NCBI GenBank assembly: GCA_029547225.1
Contig: JAKPPS010000042.1
Span: 4,459-68,458 of the forward strand
Direction: 5' to 3'
DNA length: 64,000 bases
DNA from: a bacterium
GTDB taxonomy: Bacteria > Patescibacteriota > Dojkabacteria > SC72 > WJKH01
Shown one piece after another: positions 1 to 9,061 of this stretch. The notes beneath the pieces were generated by a model. It saw only the letters and a program-made list of their open reading frames with translations. It was not told where the DNA came from and did not search any database. The translations under genes and the position numbers were made by a program. The stretch's first letter is position 1. Every line of letters starts with the position of its first letter.

Positions 1-354
1 GTTGAAATTGCAAAAATCTATTCCAACCTTAATATCGTGATAGCTCATTATTTTTGGCCAGAGGTTGAATACTGTTATGATTTAACTTCTGATATTCCAA
101 ATATTTATTATGATACGAGTGGTTTAGGAGATGATGAGGTTATTACTGAAACAGGCTTAGAAAAGATAAAAGATGTCATCATCAAAACTGTTCATAAAAA
201 ACCATATTCGTTTGTATTCGGTACTGATTATGCTATGTGTGATATAGAAAAACATATCAACCTAATCAACTGTTTAAATCTTACTTCTCAGGAAAAGGCA
301 AATATCTTTTCTAAAAATGCGATTAGTTTATTTAAAATTAAGGTTGACGAGTAG
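1..354 (+). CDS. Amidohydrolase family protein (5'-truncated by window edge)
   Basis: Frame is open from base 1 (VEIAKIYSNLNIVIAH...); IIAH, YYDTS and FGTDY motifs of TIM-barrel Amidohydro_2 enzymes. Confidence 0.8.
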   Translation, partial: VEIAKIYSNLNIVIAHYFWPEVEYCYDLTSDIPNIYYDTSGLGDDEVITETGLEKIKDVIIKTVHKKPYSFVFGTDYAMCDIEKHINLINCLNLTSQEKANIFSKNAISLFKIKVDE

Positions 355-359
355 ATTAT

Positions 360-1202
360 ATGGAGAAAAATGATATTAACAAAATAGCTCAATATTTCAA
401 CATAGGAATAATTGAAAATATTGAACCTGTTAAGAGTGGTATTTCGAACCAAAACTATTATCTAAAAACATCAAAAGGGCAATTTGTTGTGAAGTTCTTA
501 AAAAATCAAAGCATAGATTCAATTAAGAACGATATTTATATAAATAAACAGCTTAATAGAGTGAATATCAAGAGCCCTAAATATATTTTGTCGAATACCG
601 AAAATTATATTTATAGCAATGGTAAGATAAATGCAGTCGTTTCAAAAAAGTTAGATGGGGAAAACTCTAATGTAATTAGTGATGAATTGGCATATTCCTA
701 TGGATATACTCTTGTACTGTTTCATACGAATGTTAGAAGTCTTCCTTTCAACAACAGTTTAGGACTAATGAATCCGCAAATATCAAAAATTAAGACCGAA
801 ATATTTGATAAACATTTGCCTACAGGGATTATTCATGGAGATTTTCATTCAGGTAATGCATTGGTCAATTCTAAAGAACCAAATAAAATATCCGCTATGC
901 TTGATTTTGAAGAATCTGGGGAAAACTTGTTTCTCGTTGATTTAGCTTTGACGGTAATGGGCGTATGTTCAAAAGATAATGATTCAGTAGATAAAGTTTT
1001 AATTGAATCGACAATTAGGGGTTATCAATGTATTCGGAAATTGACTCACTTAGAAATTGAATGTTTTAATGATGCTATAAACTATGTGGCGAATGCGTGG
1101 ATTAATTGGTTTGTAGCGAATGGATATGAAAAATACTCAACAAGACATCATAATAAGCTCAATATATTTAATGAAGTTAAAGGTCAAATTATTTTTAAGT
1201 AA
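360..1202 (+). CDS. APH/homoserine kinase type II-like phosphotransferase
   Basis: GISNQNY N-lobe, IIHGDFHSGN catalytic loop, MLDFEE metal-binding motif. Confidence 0.85.
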   Translation: MEKNDINKIAQYFNIGIIENIEPVKSGISNQNYYLKTSKGQFVVKFLKNQSIDSIKNDIYINKQLNRVNIKSPKYILSNTENYIYSNGKINAVVSKKLDGENSNVISDELAYSYGYTLVLFHTNVRSLPFNNSLGLMNPQISKIKTEIFDKHLPTGIIHGDFHSGNALVNSKEPNKISAMLDFEESGENLFLVDLALTVMGVCSKDNDSVDKVLIESTIRGYQCIRKLTHLEIECFNDAINYVANAWINWFVANGYEKYSTRHHNKLNIFNEVKGQIIFK

Positions 1203-1268
1203 TAGGTGTAATTAATACAAAAAGAGTATCATTGATAAAAATCAAGATACATTTATTTACGAAATACT

Positions 1269-2039
1269 ATGAATGATATTAATATCGGTGAACAAGGGAG
1301 ATTAAGATTTACGAATTTTGTGAAAGCAATTGATGAGATTGTAAAAGGTGGAACGGTTGATCATTTGGTCTCAGGAGGTAATAGCGGAATATCATTGTCT
1401 GAAATTACCTTAATGATACTTGAGTTACTTGATTGCAAAACTCCGTCTGTACTTCGTGTTCCTTTCTATAGATATTACCCTCCGCATAGGGACGATGAAA
1501 ATTTTAAATTCGATCCAAAATATTACAAAGAACAGATAAACGAATATATTATGAATACTCGAAAAGCAGGTACGTTTTTATTTGTTGATGATGAAATATG
1601 TCAGGGGAATACTGCATTAGGGATTAAAAGATTGTTAGACGAATGTCTACAGGAGAACCATATCCCAAGAATGGATAAATATTATATTGTAGCTGAGGAT
1701 CAAGGTTTTAGAGTTCCTAGTGATCTATCGAATATTATTTTCAAACCAATTGCAAAGGAGATAGATGGATACAATAATTTGATATTCACATTCATTCCCT
1801 ACGAGTTTGAAAAACCTCTTGTAGATTATTTTGGTGATGATGAAAAGCTCGCCTTCCACATAAGAGCAAACTTGCTTCTTAATTTACCTGTTAAGGAATT
1901 TAGCAATGGAAGTCCGATGTTCTCAACAATTCTTTTAGATCAAGCTAAAGCCAATATCAAAGACTTTCAATTATTGCAAAATAGATTTCGAGATTATGTA
2001 AAAGGGGAAATTTCTAAAATTTTGTTTTCGAATAACTAA
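1269..2039 (+). CDS. Phosphoribosyltransferase-like protein
   Basis: FLFVDDEICQGNT resembles the type I PRTase PRPP-binding loop; rest of the protein not recognised. Confidence 0.5.
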   Translation: MNDINIGEQGRLRFTNFVKAIDEIVKGGTVDHLVSGGNSGISLSEITLMILELLDCKTPSVLRVPFYRYYPPHRDDENFKFDPKYYKEQINEYIMNTRKAGTFLFVDDEICQGNTALGIKRLLDECLQENHIPRMDKYYIVAEDQGFRVPSDLSNIIFKPIAKEIDGYNNLIFTFIPYEFEKPLVDYFGDDEKLAFHIRANLLLNLPVKEFSNGSPMFSTILLDQAKANIKDFQLLQNRFRDYVKGEISKILFSNN

Positions 2040-2040
2040 T

Positions 2041-2096
2041 ACTTTTTTCCCAGCTTTGTTAGAACAAAAATTAATATATAAACTGGGAAAAAAAGT
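2041..2096. terminator. Inverted repeat / probable terminator
   Basis: ACTTTTTTCCCAG ... CTGGGAAAAAAAGT immediately after the 1269-2039 stop. Confidence 0.5.
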
Positions 2097-2249
2097 ATCC
2101 AACCAATACACCCAAAATTTTTAAAACTAGAACTTCTATATATTTTAGCTCCTCTACCTTTTCTATAATACATGTTTACCCTTTATTGATAACTTAAATG
2201 GCGGTTCGAGCAATGCCAACTCCCCTCAAAATGAAAATAGACAGAAAAT

Positions 2250-2497
2250 CCATTTTGAAAAATATTTTTTATGCAAATATCAATACTTTTCAGCATTCCT
2301 GTTGTCATAAATAACTGTAAACCATTGTTATATAAGCATTCCCCCATAAACTAGGTTGGAATAATGAAATTAGTTTTGACAGAGAACAATTTTTGATTAA
2401 AATCAGTAGTCCAGTTGAAAGATAGCCTTGGTAAACGTATACTTGTGAATGGATACTTAGTGAAATGGTTCTTGAGTTTGTCCAAGACCCCCAACCA
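2250..2497 (-). repeat. Tail arm copy 1 (diverged) ending in core site C1 TCCA-agacccc-CAA-CCA (2481-2497)
   Basis: Homologous to copies at 6021, 9096, 10428 and 11762 (shared CCAGTTGAAAGA, CGTATACTT, GAGTTTGTCCAA); left boundary approximate. Confidence 0.8.
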
Positions 2498-2506
2498 GTT
2501 TTTCAC
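2351..2506 (-). CDS. Possible 51-aa junction ORF (GTG start from the right arm fused across the core to the tail); may instead be a recombinase 3' remnant
   Basis: VKNWLGVLDKLKNHFTKYPFTSIRLPRLSFNWTTDFNQKLFSVKTNFIIPT*, homologous to four other start-less tails. Confidence 0.4.
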   Translation of the reverse strand: MKNWLGVLDKLKNHFTKYPFTSIRLPRLSFNWTTDFNQKLFSVKTNFIIPT

Positions 2507-2702
2507 ATTTTTAAGACCACGTTAAAGCCTTGAATTAATAAGTTATTTCAATTTCGAATCGGTTCGGAGTCCTAATTGCTAGGTTAGTGTTCATATACGA
2601 TTCCACCTGTGTTAATGGTATTTTCATAAGTTCGAATCCAAGTTACTATGCAACCTGTACAGAGTATATGGTTGACTGTATATTGCATCGGTTCGAGCCG
2701 TA
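2495..2702. repeat. Right arm R1 copy 1 including GGTTGAC-N13-GGTTCGAGCCGT box (2670-2701)
   Basis: Colinear with 6439-6646. Confidence 0.85.
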
Positions 2703-2704
2703 GA

Positions 2705-2989
2705 TTACCGACACTTTTTAACTTGTGCTTTGGTTCGAGCTCGTTTTATGTCTAATTCATAAGCATTTCTTCTTTCTTGCTCTTTTGCTTGTAATGAAAA
2801 TTCCTCAAACCAAACTTCATATTTATCGCCATATTTTTCTTTTTTGCGTTTGTAGAAGTTTTGAATGACTGTTCCAAAATTAGTAAGGCGTTCAGCAATA
2901 AGTTCAACTTCTTCGTTGGGAAGAGGGCGATTGTACCGTTTATCGAAAATCATACGAATTAGATCGAGGTACTCGTGTGAAAAGTTCAT
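2705..2989 (-). CDS. Small conserved hypothetical protein, copy 1 (94 aa)
   Basis: Paralog of 6655-6933 (shared RLTNFG.VIQNFYKRKKEKYGDKYEVWFEEFS); ATG overlaps the upstream TGA (ATGA at 2989-2986), and this start aligns with the paralog. Confidence 0.8.
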   Translation of the reverse strand: MNFSHEYLDLIRMIFDKRYNRPLPNEEVELIAERLTNFGTVIQNFYKRKKEKYGDKYEVWFEEFSLQAKEQERRNAYELDIKRARTKAQVKKCR

Positions 2990-3936
2990 ATCCGGATTTC
3001 TTTTTCTAACCAATCAAATGTAGTGCCATTGTGTCTATCCCACCACATTTTTTCCCAAAGATAATGAACCGCTAAATGCTTGTATTTGCCAAATTTATTA
3101 ATATATTTCATCAACTTCTCAACAGGTAGTAATTCTTTATTAAAAAATAATCTTGAATATAACTTATGTTCCCATGGTGAGATATGTTCAAATACTTCCC
3201 AATGATGAAAAACATCAAATAGTAAATACCAAACTGTAGCAGGTCCTACACCATATAACGCTAGAAGAGTTTTTTTCTGAGTGATTAAATCCTTTCCCCT
3301 CAGTTCAAACTCATTTATTAGACCTTGTGAAAATTGCTGATCAATTTTAATTATGGATTTTGCTCTATATCCAATCTTTAGATCTCTCAGTTCTTGCTCG
3401 TCAATTTTAGAAAATCTACCAATATCCCACAGACAGAGTAATTTCTTTCCATCAAACTCTAACTCAGTTCCATAGTTTGATAATAAATTTCGAAACATTT
3501 GAATTGATCGACGGACAGAAGCATTTTGCAAAATTATTCCAATTATTAGATATTCATATAGTGAGCTTGGGTGACCAGGTCTCATTCCAATTAGTTCATT
3601 TATTGCAATATCGAGGAGTTTGTCTTTTATTGCTAATTTATAGAATTCATCTAAATCTAAATTTAAGTTGTATCTATAAATTATTTCATTTTTTAAACTT
3701 TCAATAAATTCAAAAGTGGGTTCTTGAATTGAAAAGACTGTAACTTTAATCCCAGGTGAAGCATCTTCATACTTGATACCAAGCATTTGACCTTCCCAGT
3801 TCATTGTCTGCCACCTTACACCTTTTTCATAAATATGATCATCGGTTGTGAAATGGTCAGGTTTAAAAAATGTTGCATCAAAATTAAATGGGGAAATTGG
3901 TCTTATAGAAATTGTTTTTGATTTATTCAACTGCAT
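2986..3936 (-). CDS. HhH-GPD superfamily DNA glycosylase (AlkA/OGG1-like)
   Basis: IILQN, LKIGYRAK, LLALYGVGPATV helix-hairpin-helix motif. Confidence 0.75.
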   Translation of the reverse strand: MQLNKSKTISIRPISPFNFDATFFKPDHFTTDDHIYEKGVRWQTMNWEGQMLGIKYEDASPGIKVTVFSIQEPTFEFIESLKNEIIYRYNLNLDLDEFYKLAIKDKLLDIAINELIGMRPGHPSSLYEYLIIGIILQNASVRRSIQMFRNLLSNYGTELEFDGKKLLCLWDIGRFSKIDEQELRDLKIGYRAKSIIKIDQQFSQGLINEFELRGKDLITQKKTLLALYGVGPATVWYLLFDVFHHWEVFEHISPWEHKLYSRLFFNKELLPVEKLMKYINKFGKYKHLAVHYLWEKMWWDRHNGTTFDWLEKEIRI

Positions 3937-3937
3937 A

Positions 3938-4369
3938 TTAATGATTCCCTAAATGATCAGGCCATGGATATGGCATTAGTTCAGATATCGGAATTTGTTT
4001 AATCTCATTATTTTCTTCAATAATTACTACTGTATCAATTTTGCTTCTAATTGAACTTTCCCAAATCAACTGTTTGCAATTATGACAGTTCGGTCCAGTA
4101 ATCGCTATAATCTCTGTTTCACCATCATTTGCAGACTTGGCTAGTGCAACAGCTTCACTGTGCATTGTTAAGTTATGAGTATCTGAAACATAACTTGCAC
4201 CGTAATAGATTTTGCCATTTTTTGTGAGTAGAGCTACTGCAAAGCCCTTGTTTTTTTCAGGATATGTAAATTTCATAGCTTTTTGGGCTTCTCTCAACAA
4301 CTCCTTACATTCTTCAATGTCTAATAGGTAAACATCAAATCCATTTGTGTTTTTTCCTTTAATTTTCAT
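3938..4369 (-). CDS. Cytidine deaminase family protein
   Basis: HSE and PNCHNCKQ zinc-binding motifs; VALLTKNGKIYYG N-terminal strand. Confidence 0.8.
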   Translation of the reverse strand: MKIKGKNTNGFDVYLLDIEECKELLREAQKAMKFTYPEKNKGFAVALLTKNGKIYYGASYVSDTHNLTMHSEAVALAKSANDGETEIIAITGPNCHNCKQLIWESSIRSKIDTVVIIEENNEIKQIPISELMPYPWPDHLGNH

Positions 4370-4374
4370 ATTAC

Positions 4375-4764
4375 TTATTCCTCAAATTTTTCAGATAATT
4401 CCCAGATGTAGCCTTCAATATCTCTAAAATAAGCAACCTTTTGCCCCCATGGTGTAGTTTTAGGATCTTGAATGAATTCAACGCCTTTCCCTTTAAGCTC
4501 TTTAGTGGCAATTTTTACGTCATCTACTTCAACTGCGAATATGTTTGAAGGCTTATCATCTGATGAGAAGTTGTTGAAACCGCACATGCCTTCAAGTGTT
4601 TCTTTTGTTAATAGGGCTATTACAAGTTCTCCCAGTTTAACTTCTGCAAACTTGTTTTCTTTGTCTATTGTTTTAACGGAAAGACCAAGTACATTAGTAT
4701 AAAAATCAAACGCTTTGTCAAAATCGTTTATTCTTATTCCTACTGCCATATATTTATTAAACAT
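4375..4764 (-). CDS. VOC/glyoxalase family protein
   Basis: AFDFYTNVLGL, VEVDDV, TPWGQKVAYFRDIEGYIWEL. Confidence 0.9.
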   Translation of the reverse strand: MFNKYMAVGIRINDFDKAFDFYTNVLGLSVKTIDKENKFAEVKLGELVIALLTKETLEGMCGFNNFSSDDKPSNIFAVEVDDVKIATKELKGKGVEFIQDPKTTPWGQKVAYFRDIEGYIWELSEKFEE

Positions 4765-4782
4765 TTTATTGAAAATAATAAT

Positions 4783-5382
4783 TTAAGATAAAGGAATTTG
4801 TGATTGTGGTAATTTTACTGAATTACCATAATCCTTTACTGTTTTAACAAAAGAATCGTCTTTATTGCTCCCATTAAAGATCTTATTCCGAAAAACTATG
4901 TAAACTTCATCTTTAAAAGATAAATCTGCCCACCAATTTGGAAGTTTCAAATATTTGCTTAGCAAAGTCACAACTTCTTCAATCTTTGCTCTTGTAACCT
5001 CAACTTGATGCAATGTCCATGTAGGTTCTCCTGCATTAGTACTTGGATTATCATCTTGTTCAATTTTTGTTTCGGTAATTTTACATAGTTTTAGCAATTC
5101 TTTGTTTTCTAAGCTTTCCTCAATAATACAACCTTTGAAAATTTGTCCCCAGACTTCACCTTCTAATAACCATTTCTCGGCGGTTTGTTTTCTGTCGTTT
5201 TCAGATATTTCAGGGTGATCTGATTGAATATAATCTAACATACCCTTTAGAACTTCGTCATAGCACTTGAGATTTCCTTTTTTATCAACACAATAAGGAC
5301 AAAAACCATCTTTAATTATCTCTTCAGGTTTGTAGTCACTTAAAGGTCCACTACATGACCTACATAGTTTTGGCTTGTCCAT
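4783..5382 (-). CDS. Hypothetical protein with N-terminal zinc ribbon fused to an unknown domain
   Basis: CRSC...FCPYC in the N-terminal half; operonic spacing with neighbours. Confidence 0.6.
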   Translation of the reverse strand: MDKPKLCRSCSGPLSDYKPEEIIKDGFCPYCVDKKGNLKCYDEVLKGMLDYIQSDHPEISENDRKQTAEKWLLEGEVWGQIFKGCIIEESLENKELLKLCKITETKIEQDDNPSTNAGEPTWTLHQVEVTRAKIEEVVTLLSKYLKLPNWWADLSFKDEVYIVFRNKIFNGSNKDDSFVKTVKDYGNSVKLPQSQIPLS

Positions 5383-5383
5383 A

Positions 5384-5953
5384 TTATTTTAAAATTAATT
5401 TAAATAAATTATTAATCATCTTTTCAGGTTCAATTATTTCACCGTTGGCGAAATGAAGAATACCTGTTATATCGTTAGCAATTACAAACGAAGTTGCAAT
5501 TGATTTTGCATCAACCGATTTAAACTCTCCTTGCACAATTCCTTCATTAATGATTTCTGCAACAAAGGTTATATAGTTACTAATGTATTCTGTTGCAACA
5601 TGTGTTCGTAAATCATTATGGGAGCTTAACAAAAGTGCATATGTCATAAGGAATGAATCTCTATCTTGTTTAAGCATTAGACTATTTGCTTTGAATAACC
5701 TTATTAACTTTTCTTTTGGAGAGGATATATTTTTGAGGGCTTCCTTTATTTGGTTTATCCTTGTTTCTGCAGAAAATCTAATAGCGGAAATAAGTAAGTC
5801 ATCTTTGTTTTTGAAATGAAAATAAATACTTCCTTTTGCGACATCTGCTTCTTTAATAATGTCATCAACACTTGTTTTATCTAATCCTTTCTGAGCGATG
5901 ACTTTCGCTGTAGCTTCAAGAATGCTTTGTTTTGAAACTTTTTGGTATTTCAT
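5384..5953 (-). CDS. TetR/AcrR family transcriptional regulator
   Basis: KGLDKTSVDDIIKEADVAKGSIYFHFKNKDDL helix-turn-helix. Confidence 0.95.
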   Translation of the reverse strand: MKYQKVSKQSILEATAKVIAQKGLDKTSVDDIIKEADVAKGSIYFHFKNKDDLLISAIRFSAETRINQIKEALKNISSPKEKLIRLFKANSLMLKQDRDSFLMTYALLLSSHNDLRTHVATEYISNYITFVAEIINEGIVQGEFKSVDAKSIATSFVIANDITGILHFANGEIIEPEKMINNLFKLILK

Positions 5954-5963
5954 ATCTTTTATT

Positions 5964-6006
5964 AGACTAATTAGTCAATTATATACAGGTCTGACCGTTT
6001 AGTCAA
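5964..6006 (-). promoter_or_regulatory. Sigma70 promoter of the TetR operon with two palindromic operators
   Basis: TTGACT (6006-6001), 17 bp, TATAAT (5983-5978); GAC-N6-GTC palindromes at 5992-6005 (TGACCGTTTAGTCA) and 5964-5977 (AGACTAATTAGTCA). Confidence 0.8.
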
Positions 6007-6020
6007 ATCTATAATTGTTA

Positions 6021-6312
6021 GTTCCTCATTTTGTTCAGAACAAGGGAGTTGTACTTGGAGTACTTTTCAAAAAATATTTTTATGTTTTCACGCAAAGATC
6101 TTGTATCTATGGGTATTTTCATTGTATAGCTGACTATAAATAGCGTAATTATATTGATATTACGCACCTTTTGTACTTGTTAAGAAATTAGTTCTAATTG
6201 AGAATGAATTCAACTCAAAATACTCAACCCAGTTGAAAGAAAGCTGTGGAATACGTATACTTGAGAAGGGATTGAGATGGAAAAAGTTCCTGAGTTTGTC
6301 CAACTCTCTCAA
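6021..6312 (-). repeat. Tail arm copy 2 ending in core C2 (TCCA-actctct-CAA, 6299-6312)
   Basis: Near-identical to 9096-9390; start-less frame 6312-6160 LRELDKLRNFFHLNPFSSIRIPQLSFNWVEYFELNSFSIRTNFLTSTKGA*. Confidence 0.9.
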
Positions 6313-6441
6313 TTTGAGCCTGTGCAATGCACAGTTGCAAATTGATAAACTAAAATGAGAAACATTTCATGCGAAGCATGAGTGGGGAGCAAGGTCCTGT
6401 CCACTACAAAGTAGTGGCAGGAAATCCAGGTCCGGCAACCA
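6313..6441. other. Gene-less hairpin-rich segment ending in tRNA-3'-like core C3 (AAAT-CCAGG-TCCGGCA-A-CCA)
   Basis: Hairpins CTGTGC-AAT-GCACAG, TCATGC-GAA-GCATGA, CCACTAC-AAA-GTAGTGG; absent at the equivalent junction at 2497. Confidence 0.7.
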
Positions 6442-6646
6442 GTTTTTCATATTTTTAATACCACGTTAAAGCCTTGATTTAATGGGCTATTTCAATTTCA
6501 AATCGGTTCGGAGTCCTAATTGCTAGGTTTATGTCGATATTCGATTTGGTTTGTCTAATAGGTACTTTTCAAAGTTCGAATCCATATCACTATGCAACTT
6601 GTACAGAGTATATGGTTGACTGTATATCGTAGTGGTTCGAGCCGTA
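6439..6646. repeat. Right arm R1 copy 2 including GGTTGAC-N13-GGTTCGAGCCGT box (6614-6645)
   Basis: Colinear with 2495-2702. Confidence 0.85.
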
Positions 6647-6654
6647 GAAAACCG

Positions 6655-6933
6655 TTACTTTTTTACTTTTGATTTGGTTCGAGCGCGTTTTATGCCTAAT
6701 TCGTAGGCATTTCGACTCTCCTCCTCTTTAGTTTTTTCTGAAAATTCCTCAAACCAGACTTCATATTTATCTCCGTATTTTTCTTTTTTGCGTTTGTAGA
6801 AATTTTGAATTACTATTCCGAAGTTTGTTAGGCGTTGGGCGAAAAGTTCCACTTCTTCATTGGTAAGAGATCGATTGTACCGTTTTTCAAAAATTTTACG
6901 GATCAAACCTATATATTCATCTGAAAATTTCAT
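6655..6933 (-). CDS. Small conserved hypothetical protein, copy 2 (92 aa)
   Basis: Paralog of 2705-2989 in the same context. Confidence 0.8.
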   Translation of the reverse strand: MKFSDEYIGLIRKIFEKRYNRSLTNEEVELFAQRLTNFGIVIQNFYKRKKEKYGDKYEVWFEEFSEKTKEEESRNAYELGIKRARTKSKVKK

Positions 6934-6946
6934 ATGAATAAGATTT

Positions 6947-8851
6947 TTAAACTAGTGAAGCTTTAATACGCAATATACCACTTCCGATTTTTTCTTGGTT
7001 CAAGATCTTGAATCTTTTTCCATCTGAAACAATTTCATTTGTATTCTGAACATGAGGTCCACCACAAAATTCGGCTGATAAGTAGTCTTTCCTAGAAGCA
7101 TCATTAATATTTACGTTTTCTCTAAGTCCAATAACAAATACAGAAACGGTATCAGGATACTTTTGGCCAAACTCATGTTCAGCACCAATTCGTTCAGCTT
7201 CATTTTTTGGTAGATCAAACTTGTCAACGGAAATTCCTTCGTTGATTTTCTCACTTACAGTTAATTCTATCGTTTGTATTTCATCTTGAGTAATTTTTCT
7301 ATCAAGATTAATATCCAGCCTCAGTCTTTCTGGTGTTATGTTACTGCCTTTTTGATGTATCTCGTCACTAATTGTCAGTTGCAAAGTTCTAAGTAATAAA
7401 TGCTGAAGTGTATGGAGTTTCGTAGTTTCTTCAGAACTATCTGATAATCCACCTTTGAATTTTCCAATTGATGAGTTTCTAGATAGTTCTTGATGTTTTC
7501 GCATACACTCATTAAAGTCGTCTATAATTGTTAGCCTATCCTTTCCATTGACATCCAATGCTTCTAATGAAAGTTCACAAGGAAACCCATAAGTTTCGAA
7601 AATGTAAAACAAGTCCCTACCAGTGATTACTTCTTTTTCTTCACTAAGTTCTTCAATTTTCCTTAGTCCTTTATCAAGAGTTTTATTAAACTTCTCAATT
7701 TCGGAACTCAAAATCTCGCAAATAGACTCTAGTTGACTCTCAAAATGAGTATATTGCAATTTATATGTCTCGAAGAAACTTGTGCCTAATTCGATAATAA
7801 AAGACTTTTCTATACCCAAGACTTTGCCAGATCGCATTACTCTTCGAATTAACCGTCTAAGAATATATCCTCTATCTTTATTACTTGGAATTACGCCATC
7901 TGTTAGTAGGAAAATAATTCCCCTCATATGGTCGAGAATTATACGCAGGTTTTTTATTTCCTCTTTGGTACTGTCTTGAAAAGATTTTCCCGAGAGTTCC
8001 TCTAATAAAGTCCTTTGTGTATCGAAAAGTTCAGTATCATAAACCGAATACTTCATATCTAACGAACCGTCACTTTCCTTAAATTGACTTATGAGTGTAA
8101 TTCTTTCAAATCCTCCACCAAAGTCAATATTCTTCTGAACAAGTGGAACATACGTTTTTTCTTTTGTTTTGTTGTACCCCATAAACACATTATTGGAGAT
8201 TTCAATAAACATATTTGAAGTATCCCAAGGGACAAAACGTCTAAAGTCAGGCTTTTCTTTGCCTCTCCAATAGAATAATTCAGAATCAGGACCACATGGA
8301 CCAGTTTCTCCTGCTGGCCCCCACCAATTTTCTGTTTTCAACAATGGAAAGATTCGAGTATTTTCATTGAAATCTTTGCCGTCCCAAACTTCCGGTTCTA
8401 TCCCGACCGAACGATATAGTTCTTTCCACTTTTCAATTGCAATTCTATCTAGTTCTACATCCGTGTTTCCGACAAATACTGTCGAATAAAGTCTTTTAGG
8501 ATCAAACTTTAGTTTGTTTACAAAATAGTCGAAAGTAATTTCAAGTGACAGTTCTTTGAAGTAATCTCCGAGTGACCAATAACCTAACATTTCAAACAAT
8601 GTATGATGAATCGTGTCTCCAACTTCTTCAATGTCATCAGTTCTGAAGCAACGTTGAACATTTACAAGTCTTTGACCTAATGGGTGCAATTCACCAAGAA
8701 GATATACAACTAAAGGATGCATACCTGCAGTAGTAAACAATACACTTGGGTCATTAACAGGAATTAAAGAAGAATTGGGGATTTCTTTGTGATTGTATTT
8801 TTGAACTAGAAGATTGATAAAATCTTCTTTTATTGATTTTGATAAATTCAT
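6947..8851 (-). CDS. alaS: Alanine--tRNA ligase lacking the C-Ala domain
   Basis: DPSVLFTTAGM, HHTLFEMLG, WWGPAGETGPCGPDSE, DFGGGFER, RGYILRRLIRR; editing motifs HTLQH and EFCGGPH. Confidence 0.95.
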   Translation of the reverse strand: MNLSKSIKEDFINLLVQKYNHKEIPNSSLIPVNDPSVLFTTAGMHPLVVYLLGELHPLGQRLVNVQRCFRTDDIEEVGDTIHHTLFEMLGYWSLGDYFKELSLEITFDYFVNKLKFDPKRLYSTVFVGNTDVELDRIAIEKWKELYRSVGIEPEVWDGKDFNENTRIFPLLKTENWWGPAGETGPCGPDSELFYWRGKEKPDFRRFVPWDTSNMFIEISNNVFMGYNKTKEKTYVPLVQKNIDFGGGFERITLISQFKESDGSLDMKYSVYDTELFDTQRTLLEELSGKSFQDSTKEEIKNLRIILDHMRGIIFLLTDGVIPSNKDRGYILRRLIRRVMRSGKVLGIEKSFIIELGTSFFETYKLQYTHFESQLESICEILSSEIEKFNKTLDKGLRKIEELSEEKEVITGRDLFYIFETYGFPCELSLEALDVNGKDRLTIIDDFNECMRKHQELSRNSSIGKFKGGLSDSSEETTKLHTLQHLLLRTLQLTISDEIHQKGSNITPERLRLDINLDRKITQDEIQTIELTVSEKINEGISVDKFDLPKNEAERIGAEHEFGQKYPDTVSVFVIGLRENVNINDASRKDYLSAEFCGGPHVQNTNEIVSDGKRFKILNQEKIGSGILRIKASLV

Positions 8852-8877
8852 AAATATTGCCTAATAAGTTATATCTA

Positions 8878-9053
8878 CAAGGACGTTTCCGTGGTACCAC
8901 CTTGCTTTGAGTTACTATCACTAATAACTCCTTATTAGGTTTCTATCAAAACCTTTTTGTTTACAGTTTCTATCTGGATCTACTTAGTCACATTTCTGTT
9001 TGTTGTAGTCTGCTCGGGAGTGGCTGGCCTTTCGACCTCTTTCCTTCAATGCA
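8878..9053 (-). ncRNA. T-box riboswitch, Ala (GCC) specifier, short Stem I
   Basis: Antiterminator CAAGG-TGGTACC-ACG...CGT-CCTTG; 5' stem GGA-AAGA-GGTC-GAAA-GGCC-AGCCAC-TCC with GCC at 9024-9022; lies between promoter and alaS. Confidence 0.8.
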
Positions 9054-9061
9054 TTTATATA

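Noticed and set aside
6021..6043. LexA box interpretation of GTTC-N8-GTTC / TTGTTC-A-GAACAA
   Set aside because: Spacing differs from the alphaproteobacterial GTTC-N7-GTTC and Firmicutes GAAC-N4-GTTC boxes, and I saw no such site ahead of umuDC
6390..6441. Intact tRNA gene ending at C3 (and likewise at C6)
   Set aside because: No matching 5' acceptor strand, D arm or anticodon arm upstream; only the 3' ~20 nt is tRNA-like
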